From: Pseudomonadota bacterium | GTDB lineage: Bacteria > Pseudomonadota > Gammaproteobacteria > Burkholderiales > Thiobacillaceae | Length of the DNA stretch: 64,000 bases | NCBI GenBank assembly: GCA_021783275.1 | Contig: JAJXUA010000001.1 | Coordinates: 1,365-65,364 of the forward strand | Reading direction: 5' to 3' | Shown: one piece after another, positions 26,651 to 36,621 of the stretch | Layout: every line of letters starts with the position of its first letter | How positions within the stretch are numbered: the first letter of the stretch is position 1 | Position numbers and translations under genes: made by a program | Notes under the pieces: generated by a model | The model's database searches: none | The model's input: only the letters and a program-made list of their open reading frames with translations | Told to the model about the DNA's origin: nothing

Positions 26651-29428
26651 TCAAATCGTCTCAACGCTGTACTTCACCGTCATGGTGTGGCTCGCACCCG
26701 GCGCGAGCGTGACGAGGTTGTTCATCGCGTTGGCCGATTCGACGCACACCATGTTGCGCCAGCCGCTGTTCTCGACCCCGCCCATGTCGCCCATCTTGTC
26801 GGCTTTATCTTTCCACGGCGTCCACACAATGGTGGACAGCGACCCGGTTTTGGCGACGCGGATGCGGCGGTTCAATCCGGCATCATGGATCACGCAATCC
26901 GCCGGGGTATCGACGTACACGCGATCCACTTCGCCGCTGAAGGCAATCGCCGCCGTTTCCTTGCGGGTTTTGAAATCCGCGACCTTGTCGTGGAAGGCGG
27001 TGTTTTCCAAGCCGCTGACGGTGACGCTGCCGATGTCGGAAATCTGGAAATACGTGTGCAGCGCTTCGCCGATGACGACCGGCGCGTCGCCGTCGTTGGT
27101 CGTCGTGAGCGCCATTTCCAGCGCCTCGCCGACGATGATCGTGAGCGTGACCGGGGTGGCGTGCGGCCATTGCTTGAGCGTCGCGTCGGTAGGTACCAAG
27201 CGCAAGGTCAGCTCGGTGCGGACATCGCTGCGTTTCTTCGAGCCCACGACTTCCCATTGCACGGTGCGCGCGAAACCGTGGCCGGGGAAACTCGCCTCGG
27301 TCGCGTGCGCGCCGAACCACGGCCAGCACACCGGCGCGCCGCCGCGGATCGATTTGCCGGGGCCGAATTTGGCCGCTTCGGACACCCACACGACCGGGAC
27401 TTGCTGCGATTTCGGGCGGAAGCTGACGAGGTGCGCGCCTTGCAGGCACACAGTCGCACGGCCGCCGTGGTTGTCGATGTCGGCGTAGATCAGGCCGCCT
27501 GCGCCTTCGCGAAATTGCAGCTGGCCGTCAATCGCAAAACGGGCGAGCGGGTCGGCGTGAATCTGCGCTTCGGTGGGATGCTCAACGAGCGACACATCGC
27601 GCACCGCGCCGAACGCGGCGGACGTCACCATCGCCGAATACGCGCGCAGGGCGGGCGTGATCTTGCGCGGGCGGACGGCGGCGGGCTTCCACGCCGCAGC
27701 CCCCATGCCGTCCATCGCCGCGCGGCGGGTTTCCAGTTCAGCGTCAGTGAGCCGCACATTGATCGAACGATTCGGGATGTCGATGTCGATCATGTCGCCC
27801 TCAACCACGAGGCCGATGTTGCCGCCCTCCGCCGCTTCCGGCGAGGCGTGGCCGATGGATAAGCCCGACGTGCCGCCCGAGAACCGCCCGTCGGTGACGA
27901 GTGCGCAGGCTTTGCCGAGGCCTTTCGATTTGAGATACGAAGTCGGGTACAGCATTTCCTGCATCCCCGGCCCGCCGCGCGGGCCTTCGTAGCGGATCAC
28001 GACCACGTCACCGGCGACGATCTGGTCGGCGAGGATCGCGTCGACCGCCGCGTCCTGCGATTCGAACACGCGCGCGGGGCCGGAGAATTTCCAGATGCTC
28101 TCATCAACACCAGCGGTCTTGACGATGCAGCCGTCCGCCGCGAGGTTGCCGTAAAGCACGGCCAGCCCGCCTTCTTTGGAATACGCGTGTTCGATGTCGT
28201 GCAGGCAGCCGTTCACGCGGTCGGTGTCGAGCGTGGGGAAGCGGCGCTTTTGCGAGAACGCGGTCTGCGTCGGCACGCCGCCGGGCGCGGCGCGGTAGTA
28301 GTCGATCACGTCTTTGTCGGTCGTGCGGCGCACGTCGTAGGTGTCGATCTGCTCGCCGATGGTTTTATGCAGCACGGTCGGCACGTCGCGATGCACCAGC
28401 CCGCCGCGTTCGAGTTCGCCGAGAATGGCCATCACGCCGCCGGCGCGGTGCACGTCTTCCATGTGGTAAATCTGGATCGACGGCGCGACTTTGCTCAAAT
28501 GCGGCACGCGACGGCTCATTCGATCAATGTCCTTCATCGTGAAATCGACGCCAGCCTCGTGCGCGGCAGCGAGCAGATGCAGCACGGTGTTGGTCGAGCC
28601 GCCCATCGCGATGTCCAGAGCGATCGCGTTTTCGAACGCGTCGAAGCTCGCGATCGAGCGCGGCAGCACCGACACGTCGCCGTCGTCGTAATAGCGGCGC
28701 GTGTTGCGCACGATCAGGCGCGCGGCGGCCTTGAAAAGATTTTCGCGGTCGGCGTGCGTCGCGAGCAGCGATCCGTTGCCGGGCAGACTCAAACCCAGCG
28801 CTTCGGTCAGACAGTTCATCGAGTTCGCAGTGAACATGCCCGAGCACGAACCGCAGGTCGGGCACGCTGAGCGTTCGAGCTGCGCGACTTTTTCGTCTGA
28901 CACTTTGCTGTCGGCGGCGGACACCATCGCGTCGACGAGATCGAGCTTGATGGTTTTCTTGTCCCACACCACCTTGCCGGCTTCCATCGGCCCGCCCGAG
29001 ACGAACACCACCGGGATATTCAGGCGCAGCGCGGCGTTCAGCATCCCCGGCGTGATCTTGTCGCAGTTCGAAATGCACACCAGCGCGTCGGCGCAATGCG
29101 CGTTGACCATGTACTCGACCGAGTCGGCAATCAAGTCGCGCGACGGCAGCGAATACAGCATCCCGTCGTGGCCCATCGCGATGCCGTCGTCGACCGCAAT
29201 CGTGTTGAATTCCTTGGCGACGCCGCCCATTAGTTCAATTTCCCGAGCGACCAGTTGCCCCATGTCCTTCAGGTGCACGTGGCCGGGGACGAACTGCGTG
29301 AACGAGTTGGCGACGGCGATGATCGGCTTGTCGAAATCGCCGTCCTTCATGCCAGTGGCGCGCCAGAGGGCGCGGGCGCCGGCCATGTTGCGGCCTTGGG
29401 TCGTGGTGTGGGAACGGTAGACAGGCAT
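26651..29428 (-). CDS. ilvD: Dihydroxy-acid dehydratase fused to a C-terminal D-hexose-6-phosphate mutarotase (YeaD-like) domain
   Basis: N-terminal ~615 aa: [47 protein letters not shown]; C-terminal ~295 aa: [36 protein letters not shown]; no stop at the junction. Confidence 0.93.
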   Translation of the reverse strand: MPVYRSHTTTQGRNMAGARALWRATGMKDGDFDKPIIAVANSFTQFVPGHVHLKDMGQLVAREIELMGGVAKEFNTIAVDDGIAMGHDGMLYSLPSRDLIADSVEYMVNAHCADALVCISNCDKITPGMLNAALRLNIPVVFVSGGPMEAGKVVWDKKTIKLDLVDAMVSAADSKVSDEKVAQLERSACPTCGSCSGMFTANSMNCLTEALGLSLPGNGSLLATHADRENLFKAAARLIVRNTRRYYDDGDVSVLPRSIASFDAFENAIALDIAMGGSTNTVLHLLAAAHEAGVDFTMKDIDRMSRRVPHLSKVAPSIQIYHMEDVHRAGGVMAILGELERGGLVHRDVPTVLHKTIGEQIDTYDVRRTTDKDVIDYYRAAPGGVPTQTAFSQKRRFPTLDTDRVNGCLHDIEHAYSKEGGLAVLYGNLAADGCIVKTAGVDESIWKFSGPARVFESQDAAVDAILADQIVAGDVVVIRYEGPRGGPGMQEMLYPTSYLKSKGLGKACALVTDGRFSGGTSGLSIGHASPEAAEGGNIGLVVEGDMIDIDIPNRSINVRLTDAELETRRAAMDGMGAAAWKPAAVRPRKITPALRAYSAMVTSAAFGAVRDVSLVEHPTEAQIHADPLARFAIDGQLQFREGAGGLIYADIDNHGGRATVCLQGAHLVSFRPKSQQVPVVWVSEAAKFGPGKSIRGGAPVCWPWFGAHATEASFPGHGFARTVQWEVVGSKKRSDVRTELTLRLVPTDATLKQWPHATPVTLTIIVGEALEMALTTTNDGDAPVVIGEALHTYFQISDIGSVTVSGLENTAFHDKVADFKTRKETAAIAFSGEVDRVYVDTPADCVIHDAGLNRRIRVAKTGSLSTIVWTPWKDKADKMGDMGGVENSGWRNMVCVESANAMNNLVTLAPGASHTMTVKYSVETI

Positions 29429-29497
29429 GGAGAGTCTCTCGGGGGTCTTTATAATCAGCCCACCATTTTAACCGCGCCAGCGCGACCCCGACACCTT

Positions 29498-30295
29498 ATG
29501 CTCGTTCATCCGCAATTTGACCCCATTGCCCTGCAGCTCGGGCCTGTCGCCATTCACTGGTATGGCCTGATGTATCTGGTCGCGTTTGCGCAGCTGCTTT
29601 TGCTGGGACGCTGGTGCATCACCCATCGCCCCTGGAGCGGCTGGACAGCGAAAATGCTCGACGACGCGCTGTTTTACGGCGTGCTCGGCGTCATCGTCGG
29701 CGGACGGCTCGGCTATGCGCTGTTTTACAAGCCCGGCGACTACCTGACCGACCCGCTCGCCATCCTCAAGGTCTGGGAAGGCGGAATGAGCTTTCACGGT
29801 GGTTTCCTCGGCGTGCTCATCGCGATGGCGCTGTTCGCGCGCAAATATCAGCTGCGCTGGCTTGCCGTCACCGACTTCATCGCCCCGCTGGTGCCGCTGG
29901 GACTGGCCGCCGGGCGGCTGGGCAACTTCATCAATGGCGAACTGTGGGGCCGTGCCACGACCGTGCCCTGGGGCATGGTGTTTCCGCAGGCGGGTGATGG
30001 TCTCGCCCGACATCCTTCCCAGCTGTATCAGCTTGCGGGCGAGGGCGTGCTGCTGTTCGTCCTGTTGTGGCTGTTTGCGCGCAAACCGCGTCCGGTTGGC
30101 GCAATCTCGGGGGTGTTTCTTATCGGTTACGGCAGCTTGCGCTTTGTTGCCGAATTCACCCGCGAACCAGACGCCTTTCTCGGCCTGCTCGGATTGGGCT
30201 TGAGCATGGGCCAGTGGCTGAGCCTGCCAATGATCGTGGCGGGCATCATCATGCTGCGCTGGGCACAGCGCCAGCCGGTGCCGGAGCCTGCATGA
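29498..30295 (+). CDS. lgt: Prolipoprotein diacylglyceryl transferase
   Basis: [49 protein letters not shown]. Confidence 0.97.
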   Translation: MLVHPQFDPIALQLGPVAIHWYGLMYLVAFAQLLLLGRWCITHRPWSGWTAKMLDDALFYGVLGVIVGGRLGYALFYKPGDYLTDPLAILKVWEGGMSFHGGFLGVLIAMALFARKYQLRWLAVTDFIAPLVPLGLAAGRLGNFINGELWGRATTVPWGMVFPQAGDGLARHPSQLYQLAGEGVLLFVLLWLFARKPRPVGAISGVFLIGYGSLRFVAEFTREPDAFLGLLGLGLSMGQWLSLPMIVAGIIMLRWAQRQPVPEPA

Positions 30296-30699
30296 GCCGC
30301 ATGGGCCCGGGCTCTCGTGATCCCGACCGCATCACGCTGCTGTGGCGGCTCGGCGTCGCGGCGCTGGTTGGCGTGATCGTCTGGGCTTCGCTCACGCCGC
30401 ATCCGCTGGAGAACGGCCTGGATCACGGCGACAAACTGAACCACCTGCTCGGCTATGGCAGCGTCATGTTCTGGGCAGCGCAGCTGCCCGCGCCACGCTG
30501 GCGGCTCGCTGCCGGTTTTGTCGGACTGGGTATCCTGATGGAAACCCTGCAAGCACTCACCGGCTACCGCCAAGCCGACATTTACGATGCGCTTGCCAAC
30601 AGCGCGGGGGTCGGTGTCGGCTGGCTGCTTGCCAGCGCGTTGCCCAACCTGCGCGAGCGGCTCGCCGCGCGTTGGGCCAGCCGCGATTCGCGGCTATAA
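30292..30699 (+). CDS. VanZ-family membrane protein
   Basis: [31 protein letters not shown]. Confidence 0.8.
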   Translation: MSRMGPGSRDPDRITLLWRLGVAALVGVIVWASLTPHPLENGLDHGDKLNHLLGYGSVMFWAAQLPAPRWRLAAGFVGLGILMETLQALTGYRQADIYDALANSAGVGVGWLLASALPNLRERLAARWASRDSRL

Positions 30700-30710
30700 T
30701 TTCCCGCGTC

Positions 30711-30786
<76 letters not shown>

Positions 30787-30811
30787 CCAGATAATCCAGC
30801 AGCATCCAGAG

Positions 30812-30854
30812 AAGGCCGCAAACCCCAATAATACCAAGGTTTGCGGCCTTTTTT
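30812..30854 (+). terminator. Rho-independent terminator after the tRNA (element-supplied)
   Basis: AAGGCCGCAAACC...GGTTTGCGGCCTT followed by TTTT. Confidence 0.8.
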
Positions 30855-30891
30855 ACGTCCAGGATCGTCCGGTACTGCCCATTGTAATCCG

Positions 30892-30948
30892 GGGGTAACT
30901 AGGGGTAACGTTGGGGGTAACGGCCCAACAACCCGATGGAGTTACCCC
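30892..30948. repeat. Left-end GGGGTAAC repeats, probable integrase arm-binding sites
   Basis: GGGGTAAC at 30892, 30902, 30914; inverted GTTACCCC at 30941. Confidence 0.8.
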
Positions 30949-30950
30949 CA

Positions 30951-32162
30951 ATGCCCCTAACCGATACCGCGATTCGCGGCGCTAAACCCGGCGCTAAGCC
31001 CCTCAAGCTTTCCGATGAGAAGGGGCTTTTTCTGCTTGTTACCCCCAGTGGGGGTAAGTGGTGGCGGCTGAAATACCGCTTCGAGGGCAAAGAAAAACTC
31101 CTGTCCTTGGGGACCTACCCGGAAACCGGTTTGAAGGATGCCAGGGCACGCCGCGACGAAGCCCGAAAGCTCCTGGCCGAGGGCGTCGATCCGAGCGAAA
31201 ACCGTAAGGCTCAGAAATCAGCCCGGACCGAGCAAGCCGCAAACAGCTTTGAAATCGTGGCGCGGGAATGGTTTGCCAAGTACTCGACCGGATGGGCGAA
31301 GGGTCACGCCGATAAGATTATCCGACGGCTAGAGCGGGATATTTTCCCTTGGCTGGGTGGCCGCCCGATCTCAGACATTACGGCCCCTGAATTGCTGCAA
31401 ACCTTGCGACGAATTGAGGCCCGCGGAGTTCTGGAAACGGCCCACAGGGCTTTGCAGAATTGCGGACAGGTATTTCGCTACGCCATACAAACCGGACGCG
31501 CCCAGCGCGATCCTAGCGGCGACCTCAAGGGCGCACTGACGCCCTGGAAGCCCAAACATTACCCCGCCCTTACTGAGCCGCCCAAGCTGGCCGAATTGTT
31601 GCGGTCGATGGATAGCTACCAAGGCAATCTGATAACCCGATCCGCCCTGCGACTTCTGCCGTTGGTATTCGTCCGCCCCGGCGAGCTCCGGCAAGCCAAG
31701 TGGGAAGAAATTGATCTAAACAATGCAGAGTGGCGTTACACCGTCACAAAAACTAACACCCCGCACATTGTCCCGCTTGCTACACAAGCGGTAGAAATCC
31801 TGAGGGAACTTCATGGCCTGACGGGGCGCAGTGTGTACGTATTCCCCGGCCTCCGCTCCCATGACCGGCCCATGAGTGAAAACACGATTAACGCCGCTCT
31901 CCGGTACATGGGTTACGACCAAGAAACCATGACCGGACACGGCTTCCGCGCCATTGCTCGGACCCTTTTGGACGAAGAATTGGGATTTGAGCCGCACATT
32001 ATCGAGCACCAGTTAGCCCACGGCGTTAAGGACCCCTTGGGCCGAGCCTATAACCGAACAAAGCATCTTCCCGAGCGCCGAAAAATGATGCAGCAATGGG
32101 CCAACTATCTAGACAAGTTGAAGGCCGGCGCGGAAGTCGTCGCACTATCTTCAGCCGCCTGA
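30951..32162 (+). CDS. P4-type tyrosine integrase with arm-DNA-binding domain
   Basis: MPLTDTAIR..KP...L.D.KGL.L.V.P.G.K.WR.KYR; catalytic FVRPGELR, TKT, HGFR, QLAH, AYNR. Confidence 0.96.
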   Translation: MPLTDTAIRGAKPGAKPLKLSDEKGLFLLVTPSGGKWWRLKYRFEGKEKLLSLGTYPETGLKDARARRDEARKLLAEGVDPSENRKAQKSARTEQAANSFEIVAREWFAKYSTGWAKGHADKIIRRLERDIFPWLGGRPISDITAPELLQTLRRIEARGVLETAHRALQNCGQVFRYAIQTGRAQRDPSGDLKGALTPWKPKHYPALTEPPKLAELLRSMDSYQGNLITRSALRLLPLVFVRPGELRQAKWEEIDLNNAEWRYTVTKTNTPHIVPLATQAVEILRELHGLTGRSVYVFPGLRSHDRPMSENTINAALRYMGYDQETMTGHGFRAIARTLLDEELGFEPHIIEHQLAHGVKDPLGRAYNRTKHLPERRKMMQQWANYLDKLKAGAEVVALSSAA

Positions 32163-32170
32163 AAGCAACC

Positions 32171-32776
32171 ATGAACACAACGAACAACCCGGTCGACGAT
32201 TCCTTTCTTTGGACGATTCCCCGGCCCGACTGGCAACAATGGGAGAAGAAGCGCAAAGCGAAGTTGTGGCAGGCCGTCGCTCTGCTGTGCGAGCTTGAAC
32301 CCTCTAGACTTGAAAGCCTCGGCGTGCCTGGCATGCTGGATACTTTGTTTGTCCAACCCCCGCCAAAATTCAATTCGCTGCTTGGGCTGGCAAAAACTGG
32401 CATTGGCGCAGGCCTCCTCACGCCCGTTAAACTCGACCCGGAACACCTTGAAGAAAGCGAAATAGACCTGACCGCTTTTGCATCCTGGGCGAATGCCAAA
32501 ACGCTGCCTTTTCCCGAGGGATTCCCTTGGCAGCCTGAAATGAATCTTCAACTCACTGGTTGGCCATGGGGACGCCACGAAACCGACTTGCTTAGAAAGC
32601 TGGCCCGTGCTGCCGACCTTTTCTGGAAGCAATACGACCCTACCGAACCTTCAAGCGCACCGACCAACGAGCAAGTTATTAAGTGGCTAGTCGATCAAAA
32701 AGTCGCCAAGCGCACTGCCGAAGTTATGGCCACAATCCTCCGTGCAGATGGTCTGCCGACAGGTCCGCGCAAATAG
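32171..32776 (+). CDS. Hypothetical protein immediately downstream of the integrase
   Basis: 201 aa ORF starting 8 nt after the int stop; Trp-rich; LWQAVALLCELEP, PWGRHETDLL, FWKQYDP. Confidence 0.7.
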   Translation: MNTTNNPVDDSFLWTIPRPDWQQWEKKRKAKLWQAVALLCELEPSRLESLGVPGMLDTLFVQPPPKFNSLLGLAKTGIGAGLLTPVKLDPEHLEESEIDLTAFASWANAKTLPFPEGFPWQPEMNLQLTGWPWGRHETDLLRKLARAADLFWKQYDPTEPSSAPTNEQVIKWLVDQKVAKRTAEVMATILRADGLPTGPRK

Positions 32777-32916
32777 TTTCCCGCGCCCTCTTTCACTAGA
32801 AGGGGCGTGGGATTCAGCCAATTCAACATAAAGTCCCCGCGACCTACTGCGGCTATTCTTAACCTAGCTGAATCTTAAAACTGCGAACCATCACAACACA
32901 CCACTGAGGTGCAACG

Positions 32917-33171
32917 ATGGTTCAAACGCTCCTGCGGCTTCCTACCGTCAAGGCCGAAACTGGCGCTTCGCGCTCGACGATCTACCTTCGCATTCAGCAA
33001 GGCCTCTGGCCCAAGCCTGTAAAACTCGGTCCGCGTTCCGTGGCCTGGCCTGCATCCGAGGTTGCCGCGCTTAATGCCGCACGCATTGCGGGCATGGCCG
33101 ATATCGAGATACGCGCCTTGGTGGCGAATCTCGAAGCGGCCCGTAAGTCAGCCACCAGCCTGAGTGTTTAA
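32917..33171 (+). CDS. alpA: AlpA-family regulator / excisionase
   Basis: LLRLPTVKAETGASRSTIY.RI..G.WPKPVKLG.RSVAW..SEV. Confidence 0.92.
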   Translation: MVQTLLRLPTVKAETGASRSTIYLRIQQGLWPKPVKLGPRSVAWPASEVAALNAARIAGMADIEIRALVANLEAARKSATSLSV

Positions 33172-33174
33172 GCC

Positions 33175-34965
33175 ATGCGCCCGGCAAAGCGCATTTGCCC
33201 GCCGACGGAGTGGGCTTCTGAGGCCGAGCGCATCGTTTGGCATTTGGACGATAGCAATGGCGATGATCGGCGTTTCCGCCATGAGATTTTCCGGGAATGG
33301 CCAAACCGGATTGCTTATGCGGTAGCGAAGACATACCGGGATCGGTACGAAAGCCAGGGGCAGCAGCCAGCCAATCTGTTCCTGCTCGACATGCAGGAGA
33401 AGTTCAAGCCCGCCAATATGGCGCTGGCCTGGAATGACGATGAACTCGTCGCGGAAGCGGAGCGGGCGAGTAAACGCTGTCGGGAAGCCCTGGACCTCTA
33501 CCGTAAGAACCTCAATGAAGGCCTCCGCCTGATTTTCGGTATCTGTAACAGTTACGGTCTGTACCCTACCCGTTCCGGTTCCGGTTCCGGTTCCGGTTCC
33601 AGATCCAGTTCCGGTTCCAGATCCAGTTCCGGTTCCAGTTCCAGTTCCATTTCCGTTCCCGTTACAGGGAATGAGACCCACATCCGAGTAGAACAAACCT
33701 CCCTTACCGTTACCGGATTCATCCGGCGCGTGACCGATCGGGATGGCAAATGGTGGCGTCGGCAGTTGCGTGGCCGGCATGGGCGCGATCTTGAAGCCGC
33801 CTCGATTACAGTCGGGTTAGTCAAAGCCCAGACCGGAATTTATGCCAGCGACGAAACGCTGAACCGTAAGCGGCAGCAAACCCGGCGAAACCGGCGCATT
33901 CTCGAATCCATGCAAGCGGTCAACGATTCCGGATACAGCCAGAGTCTGGCTGAGCTTTCCGATGTAACCGTATCGAATCCACGCATTCGGCGCGCTGAGC
34001 TCATGACTCGCGCCCGTGGGTTTGAGGAAGTAGCCAAATCCCTTGGGCATGTGGCCGAGTTTTACACTGTGACCTGCCCTTCTCGCATGCACGCGAGCCT
34101 CGCCAAGTCTGGCAAGCCTAATCCGAAGTATGACGAGACAACCCCAAAGGAAGCCCAAGCCTATTTGGCTAAGGTATGGGCTCGTATCCGTTCGGCTGCT
34201 GCACGCAATGGGGTGGGCGTTTATGGCTTCCGGATTGCAGAGCCCCAGCACGACGCCACGCCCCATTGGCATTTGCTGCTGTTCGTGCAGCCTGACCAGA
34301 TCAATACGCTAAGAGCTTTGTTCAAAAAATATGCCCTGCAAACCGATGGCGACGAGCCAGGCGCAAAAGAGCATCGATTTACGGCCGTGGCCATCGACTG
34401 CAATAAGGGAAGTGCCGTCGGATATATCGCCAAGTACATTTCCAAAAACATTGATGGCCATGCGCTCGATTCCGGTCTCTACGGGGAAGCGCCGGTAGAA
34501 GCCGCTCAACGGGTTAAGGCCTGGGCCAGTACGTGGGGGATTCGCCAGTTCCAGCAAATCGGCGGGCCGCCTGTCAGCGTATGGCGCGAGTTGCGCCGCC
34601 TTAAGGGTGGTGGTCCTGTGGGCGTGGCTGCTGAGTTATCCGCTGCGGCCGATCAAGGAGATTGGCAGGCTTTTGTAAAGGGCATGGGTGGGCCATTGGC
34701 ATCCCGTAGAGATCACCCCCTTAAGCTGGCCCACGTGTGGAGCGATCAGCCAGGCGTATACGGGGAGCCCTTAGGGTGGCAAATCAAAGGGGTGGAATAC
34801 GCAAACCTGCTTATCCCGACACGCTTTCAGCAATGGCGCATAGAGCGCCGGTCCTTAGGCACCCCGCCCTTAGGGCGCATCCCCGACGCGGATTTCGAAA
34901 ATTCCGCGATGCCTGAGCCTGCTCCACTTGGACTTGTGTCAATAACTGTACGGCGCAAAGTTTGA
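33175..34965 (+). CDS. Phage P2 gpA-like rolling-circle replication endonuclease (HUH)
   Basis: [72 protein letters not shown]. Confidence 0.93.
   Translation: MRPAKRICPPTEWASEAERIVWHLDDSNGDDRRFRHEIFREWPNRIAYAVAKTYRDRYESQGQQPANLFLLDMQEKFKPANMALAWNDDELVAEAERASKRCREALDLYRKNLNEGLRLIFGICNSYGLYPTRSGSGSGSGSRSSSGSRSSSGSSSSSISVPVTGNETHIRVEQTSLTVTGFIRRVTDRDGKWWRRQLRGRHGRDLEAASITVGLVKAQTGIYASDETLNRKRQQTRRNRRILESMQAVNDSGYSQSLAELSDVTVSNPRIRRAELMTRARGFEEVAKSLGHVAEFYTVTCPSRMHASLAKSGKPNPKYDETTPKEAQAYLAKVWARIRSAAARNGVGVYGFRIAEPQHDATPHWHLLLFVQPDQINTLRALFKKYALQTDGDEPGAKEHRFTAVAIDCNKGSAVGYIAKYISKNIDGHALDSGLYGEAPVEAAQRVKAWASTWGIRQFQQIGGPPVSVWRELRRLKGGGPVGVAAELSAAADQGDWQAFVKGMGGPLASRRDHPLKLAHVWSDQPGVYGEPLGWQIKGVEYANLLIPTRFQQWRIERRSLGTPPLGRIPDADFENSAMPEPAPLGLVSITVRRKV
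33571..33654 (+). repeat. In-frame hexanucleotide microsatellite inside rep
   Basis: 14 units ending TCC: CGTTCC (GGTTCC)4 (AGATCC AGTTCC GGTTCC)2 (AGTTCC)2 ATTTCC; encodes an Arg/Ser/Gly tract. Confidence 0.95.
34923..34951 (+). other. Putative P2/186-type rolling-circle origin (nick site)
   Basis: CCACTTG|GACTTGTGTCAATAACTGTAC resembles the P2 ori core CCTCG|GAGTCCTGTCAATAACTG (recalled), which also lies inside gene A. Confidence 0.65.
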
Positions 34966-35046
34966 TATGCTCGGCTCGCGAAGCTAAGTTCGCGAAGCTG
35001 ACGCAACGGCCAGAATCAAGAATCGACAAAGCCAGCAGGGAGCAAA

Positions 35047-35922
35047 ATGAGAACAATTACCATAGGTGCACTGAACATCGTCATGCCCGTCCCGCATAGC
35101 CCAGAGCGGTATGTCGAACTGTTTCAAGAGGCTTTTCGGCGTAGGGAACCCATTCGGCTTCGCGGGGATTTTGTTGGCATGCTTGGAGGATGTCGCAGAC
35201 AGGAAGTCGAAGCGGAGGAAGCAGTTACCGGGGAGTTCTACAAGTTCTTCGATTTGAAGCTAGACGCGCAATGGTTTAACACCATTGAACAGCGGCCGGC
35301 GGAGGATGCGGACCTGGCCGAAATTCGCATCCCAGAGTACCTGAAGCCCCATTTTCAAAGCTTCACCTATATTTTCTACCCGAATAAACATCGGCTTTTT
35401 TTTGTCAGCAAAGAGCAAGACAACAACTTCAGCCCATTGCAGGCACAGAAGCTGTTGACGGAGCTTTTTGATGATTACCGGCTAGTTCGTGAATTTGGAG
35501 AAATCGAGATAACCGTTGAGCCTTCGTCTGAGTCTCTTGAGCGAATCTTGAACATGCCTCGTTTGAAGTCGCTCCACATCGAAATCAGTCCTCCGAACCC
35601 CGATGATCACGAGGAAGCGGAGCGCCGTCTATTCGCCAAAATGCAGGGGCAAAATGCCCAGAAAATCGTCACAGAAATATCTACCCGGAACCCTAACGGA
35701 TTGGCTCCCGACGAAGAAACCAAGATTCTCGCTAAGATTGCGCAGTCAAACGGCAAGGTAGTCGGGCATGGCGAAAATGAAGAGGGCCAGACAGTCGACA
35801 TCTCGACGGCAGAGCACCCGCTTTTAGAAAAGGTCGAATACAACCCCGCACTTCAGGCAGGAAACGACTTTTTCTTCTCGAAAGCGCGCGAATTATTACT
35901 CAAAGTCACCCGGCGGGTTTGA
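35047..35922 (+). CDS. DUF4747-like soluble protein
   Basis: 291 aa; GALNI...PHSPE.YVELF, F.YIFYP..H.LF, I.I.PPNPDD, A.SNG.V; family recalled from memory, not searched. Confidence 0.6.
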   Translation: MRTITIGALNIVMPVPHSPERYVELFQEAFRRREPIRLRGDFVGMLGGCRRQEVEAEEAVTGEFYKFFDLKLDAQWFNTIEQRPAEDADLAEIRIPEYLKPHFQSFTYIFYPNKHRLFFVSKEQDNNFSPLQAQKLLTELFDDYRLVREFGEIEITVEPSSESLERILNMPRLKSLHIEISPPNPDDHEEAERRLFAKMQGQNAQKIVTEISTRNPNGLAPDEETKILAKIAQSNGKVVGHGENEEGQTVDISTAEHPLLEKVEYNPALQAGNDFFFSKARELLLKVTRRV

Positions 35923-35934
35923 GCGAGAGCAGCA

Positions 35935-36570
35935 GTGTTTGAAGAACTAAAAAGAAGCTATCTCGGCGTTTTCAATATCTTTCAGAGATATTGGCTCGCG
36001 TATGGAGGGTGGAAAGCAATCGTTTTTTCGCCTTATTTCCATGGCGCGCTTTTGTTGAGCTTGGCGTTAGAGCACACATGGGCCGACGGGGATTGGTGGA
36101 ATACCGCAATAACGATTCTTCCGAGCGTCATTGGATTCTCGCTTGGCGGCTTCGCTATCTGGCTGGGGTTTGGCGACGAAAAATTTCGCCAACTTATCAG
36201 TCATCGAAACGATGAGGAGCCCGCGAGCCCTTATATCGAACTAAGTGCCACATTTGCGCACTTTATTGTTATTCAATTGATCGCGCTCATTGCCGCCCTC
36301 ATTGCGCAAGGAACCGCATTCAGTCTTCCGTTGGATCATTGGCTTATAGGAATTTTCGAGGCTTCGGCGATGCCAGCAGATCTGATCCCGACCTATCTTG
36401 CCCCTTTGTTTCATTTCTTCGGCTATCTGCTTTTCGTCTATGCATTGATGACAGCCTTGGCAGCAACATTGGCTGTTTTTAGAGTTGCATCATGGTTTGA
36501 AAAGTTTAGAAATATGCCGGAAAGCGCAGATGAAGAAACCTCGTCCAAGGAAACAAGTGAAAAAAACTAA
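35935..36570 (+). CDS. Membrane protein with 3-4 TM helices, partner of the DUF4747-like gene
   Basis: GTG start 12 nt after the upstream stop; YWLAYGGWKA...SPYF; hydrophobic ILPSVIGFSLGGFAIWLGF, FAHFIVIQLIALIAALI, FFGYLLFVYALMTALAA. Confidence 0.75.
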   Translation: MFEELKRSYLGVFNIFQRYWLAYGGWKAIVFSPYFHGALLLSLALEHTWADGDWWNTAITILPSVIGFSLGGFAIWLGFGDEKFRQLISHRNDEEPASPYIELSATFAHFIVIQLIALIAALIAQGTAFSLPLDHWLIGIFEASAMPADLIPTYLAPLFHFFGYLLFVYALMTALAATLAVFRVASWFEKFRNMPESADEETSSKETSEKN

Positions 36571-36621
36571 CAGCCCGGCCAGCCTTCCCACAGAAGGCCG
36601 AGCCGGTACGCTAGCGATTTA

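Noticed and set aside
33571-33654. ON/OFF phase variation of rep
   Set aside because: Unit length is a multiple of three, so slippage cannot shift frame
33148-33824. Antisense ORFs with TGTGTG and EPEPEP tracts
   Set aside because: Products of the stop-free hexamer repeat on the strand opposite a well-supported rep gene
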